Source: Candidatus Thiovulum imperiosus (GTDB lineage: Bacteria; Campylobacterota; Campylobacteria; Campylobacterales; Thiovulaceae). Taken from it: a DNA stretch of 64,000 nt. Below the pieces are notes generated by a model, which saw nothing but the letters and a program-made list of their open reading frames with translations, was not told the origin of the DNA and ran no database searches. The position numbers and the translations under genes were made by a program. Where the stretch lies: positions 159,309-223,308 of the forward strand of contig JAMJTW010000008.1 in the NCBI GenBank assembly GCA_024281175.1. The letters are read 5' to 3'. Positions 9,845 through 19,042 of the stretch are shown piece after piece; positions within the stretch are counted from its first letter, which is position 1; each line of letters begins with the position of its first letter.

Positions 9845-11233
9845 ATGAAGAGTTTAAAGTTAAGTATTGTTACTGCAGTAGCTTTAGGAAGTAGTGCATT
9901 TGCAAATGAAGAGTCAAAAGGTGTTTTCCTTGACAATCTAAAAATTAGTGGTCAAGCAACACTTTACTATCAGACAATGACAAATAGTGTACACGCACCT
10001 TGGTATGGATTGGATGGTGTTTTAAGCAGAGATCGTGAAACTAATGAAAATATTGATGATGATAAAGGACTCTTTCACAAAGACCAATCAAGAGCCAATG
10101 TTGGTCTAAGTTTTAAAGTAGAGTCTGATTTAGGAAACGGTTTTGGTTTTGGAGCTAGACTTAATATTCTTGAAACTCTTGGACTTGAACATAATTTAGT
10201 TTCTGGAACTATGCAAAATGTAAATGGTGTTGATGACCATGATGATGTAACAGTTAGAACTTCTATGGCAGGACCTTCTGGTTACAATATGGGTCAAAGT
10301 GATGATGAGTGGTATTTTGGTGAGGCGTATATTACTAAAACACTTGGTGCTACTACAATCAAAGCTGGACGACAAGAATTAAATACTCCACTTGTATACT
10401 CAGAAAAGTGGAATGTTCTTCCAAATACTTTTGATGCCGTTGTTCTCTTAAACCAAGATTTAGCTGACCAAGGTATTACCCTTGTTGGTGCTTATGTGAG
10501 TAAAAGAAACCACCATAAACATCTTGGACAATTTAACTCTATGCCAAGTCCAGATGGTGCTTACGCAGCTGCTGCTGTTTATAACAACAGTGATATAAGT
10601 GGACAAGCGTGGTTCTATAATGTTCCATCAGTAGCCAACGCTTACTGGATGGACGCAAATTATGGTCTTGAAGTTGCTGATGGTCAAAAAGTTGCTATTA
10701 CTGCTCAACTTGCTGGTTTTATGTTAGATGATGACCCAGCAGATGGTAGTGATACAGACTCGATGGCTGCTGCTCTACAAGGTTCTTATGATATAGTTGA
10801 AGGAACAAAAGTTTGCTTGGCAGCGTCATTGACAACAGGAGAAAAATCTAGTCACGCAATTTCAAATGTTGGAACAGGTATTAAAACAAAAATAGCTACT
10901 CACACAATTTCTGCTGATGGTCCAGTAGCAGGTGCAACTGATACAAAAAGTTATAAACTTACTCTAAAACAAGATTTGAGTTCTATTGCTGAAAACACTT
11001 CTTTAAAAGTTGATTTTGCCCAATTTATGCATGGTGAAGATAGTTCTTCTAATTATGCTGATGAGACAGCAACTGCTTTTGAGACTGTTTTAAAGTCTAA
11101 AGTTTCTGGTATGGATGTTATGTTGGCATACATCATGGCTCAAAATATTCATAACTGGACAGTTAAAAAAACAACTGAAACAGAGTCAGAAACATCTCAC
11201 ACAGTTCGAGTTGTAGCAAGATATAACTTCTAA
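9845..11233 (+). CDS. Outer-membrane porin (Campylobacter MOMP/PorA-like)
   Basis: Signal peptide MKSLKLSIVTAVALGSSAFA, alternating beta-strand pattern, C-terminal aromatic ...VVARYNF, strong SD (AGGAGAGG) upstream. Confidence 0.7.
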   Translation: MKSLKLSIVTAVALGSSAFANEESKGVFLDNLKISGQATLYYQTMTNSVHAPWYGLDGVLSRDRETNENIDDDKGLFHKDQSRANVGLSFKVESDLGNGFGFGARLNILETLGLEHNLVSGTMQNVNGVDDHDDVTVRTSMAGPSGYNMGQSDDEWYFGEAYITKTLGATTIKAGRQELNTPLVYSEKWNVLPNTFDAVVLLNQDLADQGITLVGAYVSKRNHHKHLGQFNSMPSPDGAYAAAAVYNNSDISGQAWFYNVPSVANAYWMDANYGLEVADGQKVAITAQLAGFMLDDDPADGSDTDSMAAALQGSYDIVEGTKVCLAASLTTGEKSSHAISNVGTGIKTKIATHTISADGPVAGATDTKSYKLTLKQDLSSIAENTSLKVDFAQFMHGEDSSSNYADETATAFETVLKSKVSGMDVMLAYIMAQNIHNWTVKKTTETESETSHTVRVVARYNF

Positions 11234-11250
11234 ACTCTCTAAAACTTTAG

Positions 11251-11269
11251 CCCTGAATATATTTCAGGG
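11251..11269 (+). terminator. Hairpin after the porin gene
   Basis: CCCTGAA-TATAT-TTCAGGG followed by TTTCCC. The same CCCTGAA..TTCAGGG arms recur at 55531..55549. Confidence 0.5.
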
Positions 11270-11320
11270 TTTCCCTAAAAAAAAATGCTAGAATATTCCA
11301 AATATTTTTAAGGGGTCTTT

Positions 11321-11608
11321 ATGGCTGTATATATTAATGATACTTGTATAAATTGTGGAGCTTGTATTGACGAGTGTCCAACAGAGGCTATTGTTGATGA
11401 GGATGATAACCCAACAGACGAAGAGTATCACTATGTTTATGGTGATAAGTGTGTTGAGTGTGTAGGTCATCACGATGTTCCAGCTTGTGCTACTGCTTGT
11501 CCAACAGAAGGTTGTATTGTTTGGGATGCTATTGGTGACTCTCCAGAGCATAGAGAAGATATTACAGCTGAGATGAGAGCAGAAAAAGCTAATATTATAG
11601 AGGAGTAA
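11321..11608 (+). CDS. 4Fe-4S dicluster ferredoxin
   Basis: CINCGACIDECP plus a second cluster CVECVGHHDVPACATACP; 95 aa. Confidence 0.85.
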   Translation: MAVYINDTCINCGACIDECPTEAIVDEDDNPTDEEYHYVYGDKCVECVGHHDVPACATACPTEGCIVWDAIGDSPEHREDITAEMRAEKANIIEE

Positions 11609-11614
11609 AATCCC

Positions 11615-13384
11615 CTATTCTGGTGGTGCTTCTGGTGGAGCATCATCAGTGTCTAGCTCAATTGCTTCTTCTATTTCTACAAGATATCTTTCTGGAAAAG
11701 TTCCTGAAAGACACTGAAACTGTTCACCAATCTTCTGATATTTAACTGTAAAATCTTCAAACTCTAAATCTTCTGATATTTTTAACATTCCAAAACTAGT
11801 AGAACTTGTTGTTTCAGAAAAAGAGATAGCATCACTACTATTTGATAGATGTATAAGATTTTGCTGATTGTCTAAACTTCGATAAGTTCCTTTTCTGTAA
11901 AAGAGTGTTACATCTTCAAAACCCATTTTTGCCAGAAGATATACCGCTCCATTTTCACAAGGAGTTCGAGAGTCATCACTGCTACAAATCTCATAATCAC
12001 TACTATTTAAACCACACATTGAAGTATCAAGATATACAGTCAAGTTGTTAGAGATAGAAGTACCAACTATTCTAAAAGTGACAACTTCTACTCCACTGGA
12101 TAAGCCTTTGAATTTTGTTCTAAAGATGTATCGGTCTGTTCTATTATCACCATCTTGAGTGTGAGAAACTATTTCTAATTTATCACCTCGAATTAATACT
12201 TCAACTTTTGAGTTGTATCTTTCTGGATAGTTTAGAGTTGATACGACAAAGAACTCTTCCCCCTCAACTGTATTGAAGTTTTCACTAGTTTGAGTTTCAG
12301 TAGAGATGGAAAGAGACATATCACCACTCTGTTCTAAACTCTCATTGCTATCAAAAATGTGTGCTTCTAAAACAGAAATTTCTACTTCTAAAGGTTCTGT
12401 ATCTTTTCCAACAACTCCAATAGATATCTGCTCTGTTCCTGCAGAAATCCCTTTAATTTGAGTTGTACAAACCTCATCAACACAAGTTGGTTTTAATAGA
12501 GCTACAATACCACCAGTTTGTAGAGAGAGTGAAAATTCCGTATCATCAACAATATTTTCAACTCTAAAACTTAAATCTTTTGTCTCATCAATTTCCAATT
12601 CAAAAGGGATTTCTGAAATCAGAGATAGAACCTCATCTGGTTCGGGAGGTTCTGTAACAGTTACAGTTGTTGAAATTGTAGAGACAGCAGTTTTTATATA
12701 GATGGTTTCTGTTCCCACTCGGCTTCCTGTAACTTCAAAAGAGCAGAGTTGCTCTCCTGTATAAAGTTGAGTTGGACATATTGGCGATGAGGTTTCCAAT
12801 ATGTTTCCAGTTTGATGTTGAACAGATAATGAAGTTGAACTTGAGAAATTTGCCACTTTAAAAGAGATATAATCTGTTTCTCCAACTTCAATATTTAAAA
12901 ATTGTCCACTCTGAAAAGAGAGAACTTCATTCAATTTGGGAACTTCTACAACAACTTCTTCTTCCTCTACAACAGCTTCTAAAACAGTAATTTCAAACTC
13001 TAAAGGAGTTACACTTTTCCCCAAAACAGAAATAGATAGTGTTGTTGTTCCTGAGGATAGTGCTGTAATTTTAGTTGAACACAATCTTTTTGTTGAACTT
13101 ATAGTTTGACATGTTGGAATTGGAATTGAGACTATATTTTGAAAAGAGAGAGAGAGATTTGTATCATTGTAATTTTCAACAAAGAAAGCTAAATACCTAT
13201 TTGTATCTATCTCCATATCAAAAGAGGTCTCATAAGTTGAAGAAGTTAAAAATAGAACTTCATCTAAATTCTCTGTCTCTTCAACTGTTTCACTCTCTGA
13301 TGGCAACATTAAAAGAGGTGTCGCTTCATCTTCTGTACCGCAACTCCAAAAAAGAAGTGGTATTAAAAATACTATTTTTTTCAT
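11615..13384 (-). CDS. Lipoprotein with three Ig-like ~95-aa internal repeats
   Basis: Lipobox LLFWSC. Three paralogous modules (aa ~41-137, 152-245, 250-341), each with a conserved Cys pair and an ...E(F/V)EI(T/S)VLEA end. The start overlaps the upstream gene by 4 nt. Confidence 0.6.
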   Translation of the reverse strand: MKKIVFLIPLLFWSCGTEDEATPLLMLPSESETVEETENLDEVLFLTSSTYETSFDMEIDTNRYLAFFVENYNDTNLSLSFQNIVSIPIPTCQTISSTKRLCSTKITALSSGTTTLSISVLGKSVTPLEFEITVLEAVVEEEEVVVEVPKLNEVLSFQSGQFLNIEVGETDYISFKVANFSSSTSLSVQHQTGNILETSSPICPTQLYTGEQLCSFEVTGSRVGTETIYIKTAVSTISTTVTVTEPPEPDEVLSLISEIPFELEIDETKDLSFRVENIVDDTEFSLSLQTGGIVALLKPTCVDEVCTTQIKGISAGTEQISIGVVGKDTEPLEVEISVLEAHIFDSNESLEQSGDMSLSISTETQTSENFNTVEGEEFFVVSTLNYPERYNSKVEVLIRGDKLEIVSHTQDGDNRTDRYIFRTKFKGLSSGVEVVTFRIVGTSISNNLTVYLDTSMCGLNSSDYEICSSDDSRTPCENGAVYLLAKMGFEDVTLFYRKGTYRSLDNQQNLIHLSNSSDAISFSETTSSTSFGMLKISEDLEFEDFTVKYQKIGEQFQCLSGTFPERYLVEIEEAIELDTDDAPPEAPPE

Positions 13385-14097
13385 TCTTCTACTCTTAAAA
13401 CTCTACTTCTAAACTTTAGACTTCCCAAAATGTAGAGAAAAGTTGAAAATATTAGAAAGTGAAATAGAGCTTCTATTTTGAACTCTTCGAAAAGATAGAA
13501 ATTTGGAACAACTAGAGAGACTATCTCAAAAAGAAGTTGTAAATTTCTATCAGGTTCTAACTTGTAAGCGTAAAAATAGAGTTCATCAAGACCATTTCCA
13601 ATAAAGAAAATTATAATTGAGTAGATAGTTGCTTTAATTGTTGAACTATATTGAGCTAAAACCAAAATTAGAGTAGCTAAAAGAGAAGCCGAAAGAGACA
13701 AAAGCAGAGTGTGAGTTATAAGTTCAAAACTGAAACCTAAAAGTAGAATGGCGATGAGGTTTGGAACTATAAAAAGTAGAGTTTGGAAAAGTAGAAGTAG
13801 TGAAATAGAAATTAGAAGTGAAAGGAAGTAGAAATTCCTACTAACTCCAATAGAGAGTGGAACTATAAAAAGTCCTCCCCGCTTCTCTTTTCCAAGAAAG
13901 TGTAATGAGTAGAAAACAGCAAAAATATTTAGTAGGAAACCTTGAAGAGCCACTGTTACACTGCTAAAAAGTCTCTGCTCTTCTCCAATATCAATTCCAC
14001 TAATTGAGAGTGCTAATAGAGTTGAAATTAGAGAGAGAGAGACAAAAAGAAAAAAGAGCTTTTCTCGAAAAGCGATTTGAAGAAAAAATTTAATCAT
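13381..14097 (-). CDS. Polytopic membrane protein (ABC-2 permease-like)
   Basis: 238 aa with ~6 hydrophobic helices. ATGA overlap with the RloB-like gene stop upstream, and a 4-nt overlap with the lipoprotein gene downstream. Confidence 0.5.
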   Translation of the reverse strand: MIKFFLQIAFREKLFFLFVSLSLISTLLALSISGIDIGEEQRLFSSVTVALQGFLLNIFAVFYSLHFLGKEKRGGLFIVPLSIGVSRNFYFLSLLISISLLLLFQTLLFIVPNLIAILLLGFSFELITHTLLLSLSASLLATLILVLAQYSSTIKATIYSIIIFFIGNGLDELYFYAYKLEPDRNLQLLFEIVSLVVPNFYLFEEFKIEALFHFLIFSTFLYILGSLKFRSRVLRVEE

Positions 14098-14759
14098 TTT
14101 ATATCCACCAATTTAGAAACTAAACTTCCTATATTTGAACCCAAATTATCTAATATTTTTTCTATATCTTGATGCTCAAAAAGTTTTTCTTGCTCTACTG
14201 CTCTTTCTATATTCTCTAAAGTAACCATCTCTTTTGGAAACTTATTTCTCTTTTTTATATAAGTTTTCTTAGGCAGTTTTTTTGCTAACTCTTCAGTTAT
14301 GAAATCTCTTCCATTCTTTTCATTTAAAAACAGTTTTGTACTATCGTATTTTTTTATATCTTGGAAGTGGAGCAATAGCCAAAATTCAAAAATAGGATTT
14401 GTTAAAGCGATGTGATACGCAGGTTTCTCTTTTACTTTCTGAAAAATATTTAAAATCTTATCTCTCTGCTTTTCACTTTTTTCTCTATCTAAAACCAGCC
14501 AACAGCTATCAAAAACATCTCTAAAATCATATTTTTCTTGGAGATGTTTTTCCAAATCATTAAAAACACACTCTGGAGAACTACAATTGCTATTTTTTTG
14601 AATTACATCTATCTCAACTAATTTTGAAGAAAATCTATCTTTTATCAAATTGAAATATTCAGGTTCTGTATTTCTTCCTTCAGTAGATATTACTAAAAAT
14701 GGTTTAGCTAATTCACTCTCTTCAGGGATTTCTTCTTGATTTCTATTTTTAAAGCCCAT
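14094..14759 (-). CDS. RloB-like protein (partner of AAA_21 ATPase; AbiLii-like)
   Basis: N-terminal FLVISTEGRNTEPEYF matches the RloB hallmark (C/S)EGxxTEpxYF; 221 aa; overlaps the ATPase gene by 11 nt. Confidence 0.7.
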   Translation of the reverse strand: MGFKNRNQEEIPEESELAKPFLVISTEGRNTEPEYFNLIKDRFSSKLVEIDVIQKNSNCSSPECVFNDLEKHLQEKYDFRDVFDSCWLVLDREKSEKQRDKILNIFQKVKEKPAYHIALTNPIFEFWLLLHFQDIKKYDSTKLFLNEKNGRDFITEELAKKLPKKTYIKKRNKFPKEMVTLENIERAVEQEKLFEHQDIEKILDNLGSNIGSLVSKLVDIK

Positions 14760-16032
14760 CTAAATTCCTGAAATATGGAACAGCTCCAAATCTACCTAAA
14801 AGGTACGCCTTTTCTAATTTAGAATCAAATCTACTTTCGAACTTTCTAAAAGGTACTATTTTTGATGCACCACTATCATCTTTTTCAATCAAATTTATCT
14901 CATCTCTTCTAACTAAATCTAAATTTAAGAGAGTAGATTCATGAGCTGAAACAATTAGTTGAGATTTGGAATCTTCCGATAATTTGTAGAATATTTCAAA
15001 AAATTTTCTTGTCAAGTTTGGATGTAAACTTCTGTCAAACTCATCAATAATAATTGTGAAATTCTCTTCAAATACAGGAATAAGAGGAATAAAATCAAAA
15101 AGCCTTTTTGTTCCATCAGATTCATCTTGGAGTTCAAAGTTATCTATATTTCTACCACGATGTTGTAACACAAGTTTTTCAACTAAAATATCTTTATCAT
15201 CTCTAATAAAACTATACAGAGTCTCATTGTGTCTTAAAAAAGAGACAAAGTTCTCTTTTTCTATATCAAGTCTTATCTCTTTTGGAAGTTTCTGAATTAC
15301 CTCTTCATAATCTTCAGACACATTTGCAATATCAACTATTCCAGTATCAAATTTCTGTAAATACTTTTTAAAAAGGTCTTTAAGTGTTTTGTCTCTTGCA
15401 ATAATTGGAATTAAATCAAACTTTGTATCTGGGTATAAAACAGCTAATTTTGTATCGAACCAGTTCCAAATCTGGTTAACAATCTTTAGATTCTCCAACT
15501 CTTTTTTTGCCACATCAGATAGAAATAGGGTTCTATTCTGTCTTGCTATATCTTCAGCATAAATTTGCAATCTATCCAATACTGTATCTTCAAAAATAGT
15601 TTTCGAGACACATGTTTTCTTATACTTTCTTTCAAAATACATTTCTGGTTCATCTGTATCAATTCGATATAGCCACTCTTCGAGAACAGTTTTATTTCTT
15701 AATTCAAGAGAAATACCGTAAGAGAAAAGTTTATTATTTAAAAAAATTTCAAACTCAAAATTTGTTGGCTTATTTAAATATTCATAATCCAATCTAAAAT
15801 ATTTTTTGTATGTTTCAACGCTATCAAAACCATCTACAATAATTGCTTTAGCAAAACTAATCGCTTTTATAATATTTGACTTTCCAGAAGCATTTGCACC
15901 ATATAAAATTGAACTTTTTAAGATATTGTGAGCTGTATGACTTTCAAGCTCTTTTCTTTTTCCAGCAGTTAAATCCAAAATTGTCTCATCTTTATAAGAC
16001 AAAAAATTTGAAACTATAAATTTTTTTAACAT
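14749..16032 (-). CDS. AAA_21/ABC-type ATPase (RloA/AbiLi-like)
   Basis: Walker A GANASGKSN, Walker B IIIDEFDRSLHP, H-loop-like VSAHES; 427 aa. The N-terminal SNFLSYKDETILDL is typical of SMC/ABC-like defence ATPases. Confidence 0.8.
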   Translation of the reverse strand: MLKKFIVSNFLSYKDETILDLTAGKRKELESHTAHNILKSSILYGANASGKSNIIKAISFAKAIIVDGFDSVETYKKYFRLDYEYLNKPTNFEFEIFLNNKLFSYGISLELRNKTVLEEWLYRIDTDEPEMYFERKYKKTCVSKTIFEDTVLDRLQIYAEDIARQNRTLFLSDVAKKELENLKIVNQIWNWFDTKLAVLYPDTKFDLIPIIARDKTLKDLFKKYLQKFDTGIVDIANVSEDYEEVIQKLPKEIRLDIEKENFVSFLRHNETLYSFIRDDKDILVEKLVLQHRGRNIDNFELQDESDGTKRLFDFIPLIPVFEENFTIIIDEFDRSLHPNLTRKFFEIFYKLSEDSKSQLIVSAHESTLLNLDLVRRDEINLIEKDDSGASKIVPFRKFESRFDSKLEKAYLLGRFGAVPYFRNLDGL

Positions 16033-16152
16033 CTTGAATTATATCGAAGAGAATAGTATTTGTATTGCCCTGCTTCTTTAGAGTTTTTCCTTTGGAAAGA
16101 GTCTCCAGTCAAATTTAGCATTTTGATACACTTTGATAAAAAAGGTTGCAAA

Positions 16153-16974
16153 ATGGTAACAGTTGGAATTATTGGATTGGGGCTTATGGGAGGCTCTTTA
16201 GGTTTAGCTTTAAAAGGTAAGTATAGAGTTGTTGGATACGATAGAAATGAGAAGCATGTAGTGGAAGCCTTAGAAATTGGTATTGTTGATGAGGTGGTCT
16301 CTTTCGAAGAAGTTCAAAAAGTAGACATTCTCTTTTTAGCAATTCCAGTAGAGGGTATTATCTCTGCAATAGAGAGTTTCTCAAATTTAGGAAAAGAGAC
16401 AACTATTATCGATTTAGGTAGTACAAAAGAGAAGATTGTAGAGAAAGTTCCAGCAGAGATAAGAGAGAACTTTATTCCTGCTCACCCTATGGCTGGAACT
16501 GAAAAGAGTGGACCAACTGCAAGTATAAAAGAGCTTTATAGAGATAGGGTTGTTGTTTTATGTGATTTAGAGAAATCAGGAGAAAAGCAGAAGAAAGATG
16601 CTTTTGAGATATTTAACTTTTTGGAAATGAGAATAGTTGAGATGAATTCTAAAGAGCATGATAAACATACAGCTTGGATAAGTCACCTTCCCCACCTCAT
16701 CAGCTTCTCTTTGGCGAATAGTGTTATGGCACAAGAGAATAGAGAGAGTATTTTAAATCTTTCAGCTGGAGGATTTCGAGATATGAGTCGTCTTGCTAAA
16801 AGTTCTCCAAATATGTGGAGAGATATCTTCTATCAAAATCGAGAAAACCTTTTAGAGTCAGTAGAGCTGTTTCAGAAAGAGCTAAATCATATGAAAATTC
16901 TTCTACAAAATTTAGAGATGGATAGAGTTAAAGAGAGAATGGTTAGTGCTAATAGACTCCATGACATTCTTTAA
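16153..16974 (+). CDS. tyrA: Prephenate dehydrogenase
   Basis: MVTVGIIGLGLMGGSLGLALK Rossmann start; HPMAGTE and SHLPH motifs. The ORF-track start at 16060 adds 31 non-homologous residues, so ATG 16153 is preferred. Confidence 0.85.
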   Translation: MVTVGIIGLGLMGGSLGLALKGKYRVVGYDRNEKHVVEALEIGIVDEVVSFEEVQKVDILFLAIPVEGIISAIESFSNLGKETTIIDLGSTKEKIVEKVPAEIRENFIPAHPMAGTEKSGPTASIKELYRDRVVVLCDLEKSGEKQKKDAFEIFNFLEMRIVEMNSKEHDKHTAWISHLPHLISFSLANSVMAQENRESILNLSAGGFRDMSRLAKSSPNMWRDIFYQNRENLLESVELFQKELNHMKILLQNLEMDRVKERMVSANRLHDIL

Positions 16975-17004
16975 ATCTAGTAAAATTTCAAAAAAAGGTA
17001 ATAT

Positions 17005-17802
17005 ATGAAATATGTGCTGGTTTTAACTACACTCTTTACAACTCTATTTGGAGATATTTTAAATGGTGTAGCTATTAGAGTTAATGATGGGGTCATCACT
17101 CTTTACGATTTAGAAACTGCTCAAAAAGAGTTTCAGAAATCAAAGAGTGAAGTTAAAGAGATTTTAATTCACAAACTATTAGAAGATAGTGAAATTAAAA
17201 AATATAAACTTGAAGTTTCAAATAGTGAATTTGAAACTTTTATAAATAGAGTTCTTCAACAGAGAGGTATTCCCTCAAAAGAGCTTCTTTTTAGAACTTT
17301 TCCAAAAGAGAAATTGAGAAGAGAAGCAACAATTCCAAAACTTTACCAACTTCTCTCTTCACAAAGTATGGAAAATCCAACTGAAGAAGATTTAAAAGAG
17401 TTCTTTGAAAAGAATTTAGAAAGATATCAAGCCTCAAGCGAATTTGATATAACAATATACTCTTCCAGAAGTCCAGTAGAACTTCAAAAAAAGATTTACA
17501 ACCCACTTTTAAATAGTAAATTTGTTCGAGTTGAGAAACAGAAAGTTCAAAGAGATAAATTACCACCCCAACTATCTCAAGTGTTACAAGATTTAAAAGA
17601 GAGAGAGTTTTCACCAATTTTTCAGATGGGAACTCTTTCTGTATCTATATTTCTAAATGAGAAGAGTGGTGGAAAAGATATCTCGTTTGAAACTGTAAAA
17701 GATAGAGTTCGAGGTGAGTACTATTTTGAGCAACAGCAGAAAATAGTTCAGAAACATTTTCAGAAACTTCGAGAGGAGGCGATAATTGAGTACATTCGCT
17801 AA
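17005..17802 (+). CDS. Periplasmic SurA-N-like chaperone
   Basis: Signal peptide and an N-terminal AIRVNDGVITLYDLE segment typical of the SurA N-terminal domain. Size is similar to Campylobacter SurA-like chaperones. Confidence 0.6.
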   Translation: MKYVLVLTTLFTTLFGDILNGVAIRVNDGVITLYDLETAQKEFQKSKSEVKEILIHKLLEDSEIKKYKLEVSNSEFETFINRVLQQRGIPSKELLFRTFPKEKLRREATIPKLYQLLSSQSMENPTEEDLKEFFEKNLERYQASSEFDITIYSSRSPVELQKKIYNPLLNSKFVRVEKQKVQRDKLPPQLSQVLQDLKEREFSPIFQMGTLSVSIFLNEKSGGKDISFETVKDRVRGEYYFEQQQKIVQKHFQKLREEAIIEYIR

Positions 17803-18943
17803 ATTACTATTTCCAATTTTACTAATTGGTTGTGGCAGTGAAGTCACTTTAGAAGGTGAAGAGAGTGATGTTATTGTACAGAGAAATTTATACACTCTCT
17901 TTTCTGATAGATATAACACCTATCTGATAGATGAAGAGAAAGAGTTAGAAAGGAGTTGGGAAAGTAGTAACCCTATCTGGAAAGCGAAACTTGTTGATAA
18001 GGATATATTTCTCTACTACAACAACTACTCATTTTCACTTCTGTTACGAGGTGTCACCGCTTCTGAAAATCCATTTTATGACACTTTGGAACTTGTTGAT
18101 TGGGAGGGAAAAACTATCTGGAGTTATAGTGGAATAGGTGATGAGGTTCTCTATGGAGATTTCATTCCTCTTCGAAATGGAAATATTCTAATTCAAGTTT
18201 TTGAAAGAGTTTCAGATTTTGATTTAAGAAATCTTGGAATGGAAGAGAGAAGATTTGAACTTAATGGAGAAATCCTCTTTCCAAAGATAGTTGAGATTAG
18301 ACCAAATATTATTGAGGGTTCAACAAAAATTATGTGGGAGTGGAAACTTTCTGAACATATGGTTCAAAATGAGTTTCCAAGTTTAGGAAACTACTCTGAA
18401 GATATAGCTCTTGAAGAGGATAAGTTTGATATAAACTTTGATATAAATTACTCTTCAGATGGTTGGGGTGGAATTGAAGATATTAGTTATAACTCTGATA
18501 GAAATCATATCGCTTTTACAATGAGTGGATTTAAAGAGATAATTATTTTAGACAAAAGTAGTGAAGAGATACTTTTGAGACAAGACTTACAAGTTCCACC
18601 AATATATATCAAGTGGATAGAAAACTCGCTTTCTCTCTTAAGTAGAGTTGATGAGGTTAGTTTAAGATTTGATATCTTAACTCCAAAATATTCAGAAGGC
18701 AAATATCTGCTAAATTGGAATTTGTATGATATTGAAATAGAAGAGACAGTTATAATTGAAGATGTTCCTCAAGAAGCCACTATCTATTTTGATGTTTTAG
18801 AAAGTGGTGATTTTCTAATTACAGATAGCTGGAAAAGAGATATATATAAAATATCTAATGGAAAACGAGTTTGGGAATATCTCCACAATAGTTCTATTTC
18901 CGAAGCATCTCTATACTGGAATAGTTATATCGGAATAAAATAA
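17786..18943 (+). CDS. Hypothetical lipoprotein (beta-propeller-like, weak arylsulfotransferase-family resemblance)
   Basis: TTG start; lipobox LLIGCGS. The WEWKLSEH segment resembles ASST-family propellers, but the functional call is weak. Confidence 0.5.
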   Translation: MSTFAKLLFPILLIGCGSEVTLEGEESDVIVQRNLYTLFSDRYNTYLIDEEKELERSWESSNPIWKAKLVDKDIFLYYNNYSFSLLLRGVTASENPFYDTLELVDWEGKTIWSYSGIGDEVLYGDFIPLRNGNILIQVFERVSDFDLRNLGMEERRFELNGEILFPKIVEIRPNIIEGSTKIMWEWKLSEHMVQNEFPSLGNYSEDIALEEDKFDINFDINYSSDGWGGIEDISYNSDRNHIAFTMSGFKEIIILDKSSEEILLRQDLQVPPIYIKWIENSLSLLSRVDEVSLRFDILTPKYSEGKYLLNWNLYDIEIEETVIIEDVPQEATIYFDVLESGDFLITDSWKRDIYKISNGKRVWEYLHNSSISEASLYWNSYIGIK

Positions 18944-19042
18944 ACCTTTCATCTTAAGATTTCTCGGGACTTACTAAAATCTTCTACTTAGCTAGTCCCT
19001 CAAATTTGATAAAATTAAGAAAAGTAGATTTAAGGAATAGAA

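Noticed and set aside
11288-11551. 87-aa minus-strand ORF
   Set aside because: It is antisense to the clearly recognisable 2x[4Fe-4S] ferredoxin gene.
16060-16152. N-terminal extension of tyrA in the ORF track
   Set aside because: The added 31 residues are non-homologous and precede the Rossmann GxGxxG. ATG 16153 gives the canonical start.
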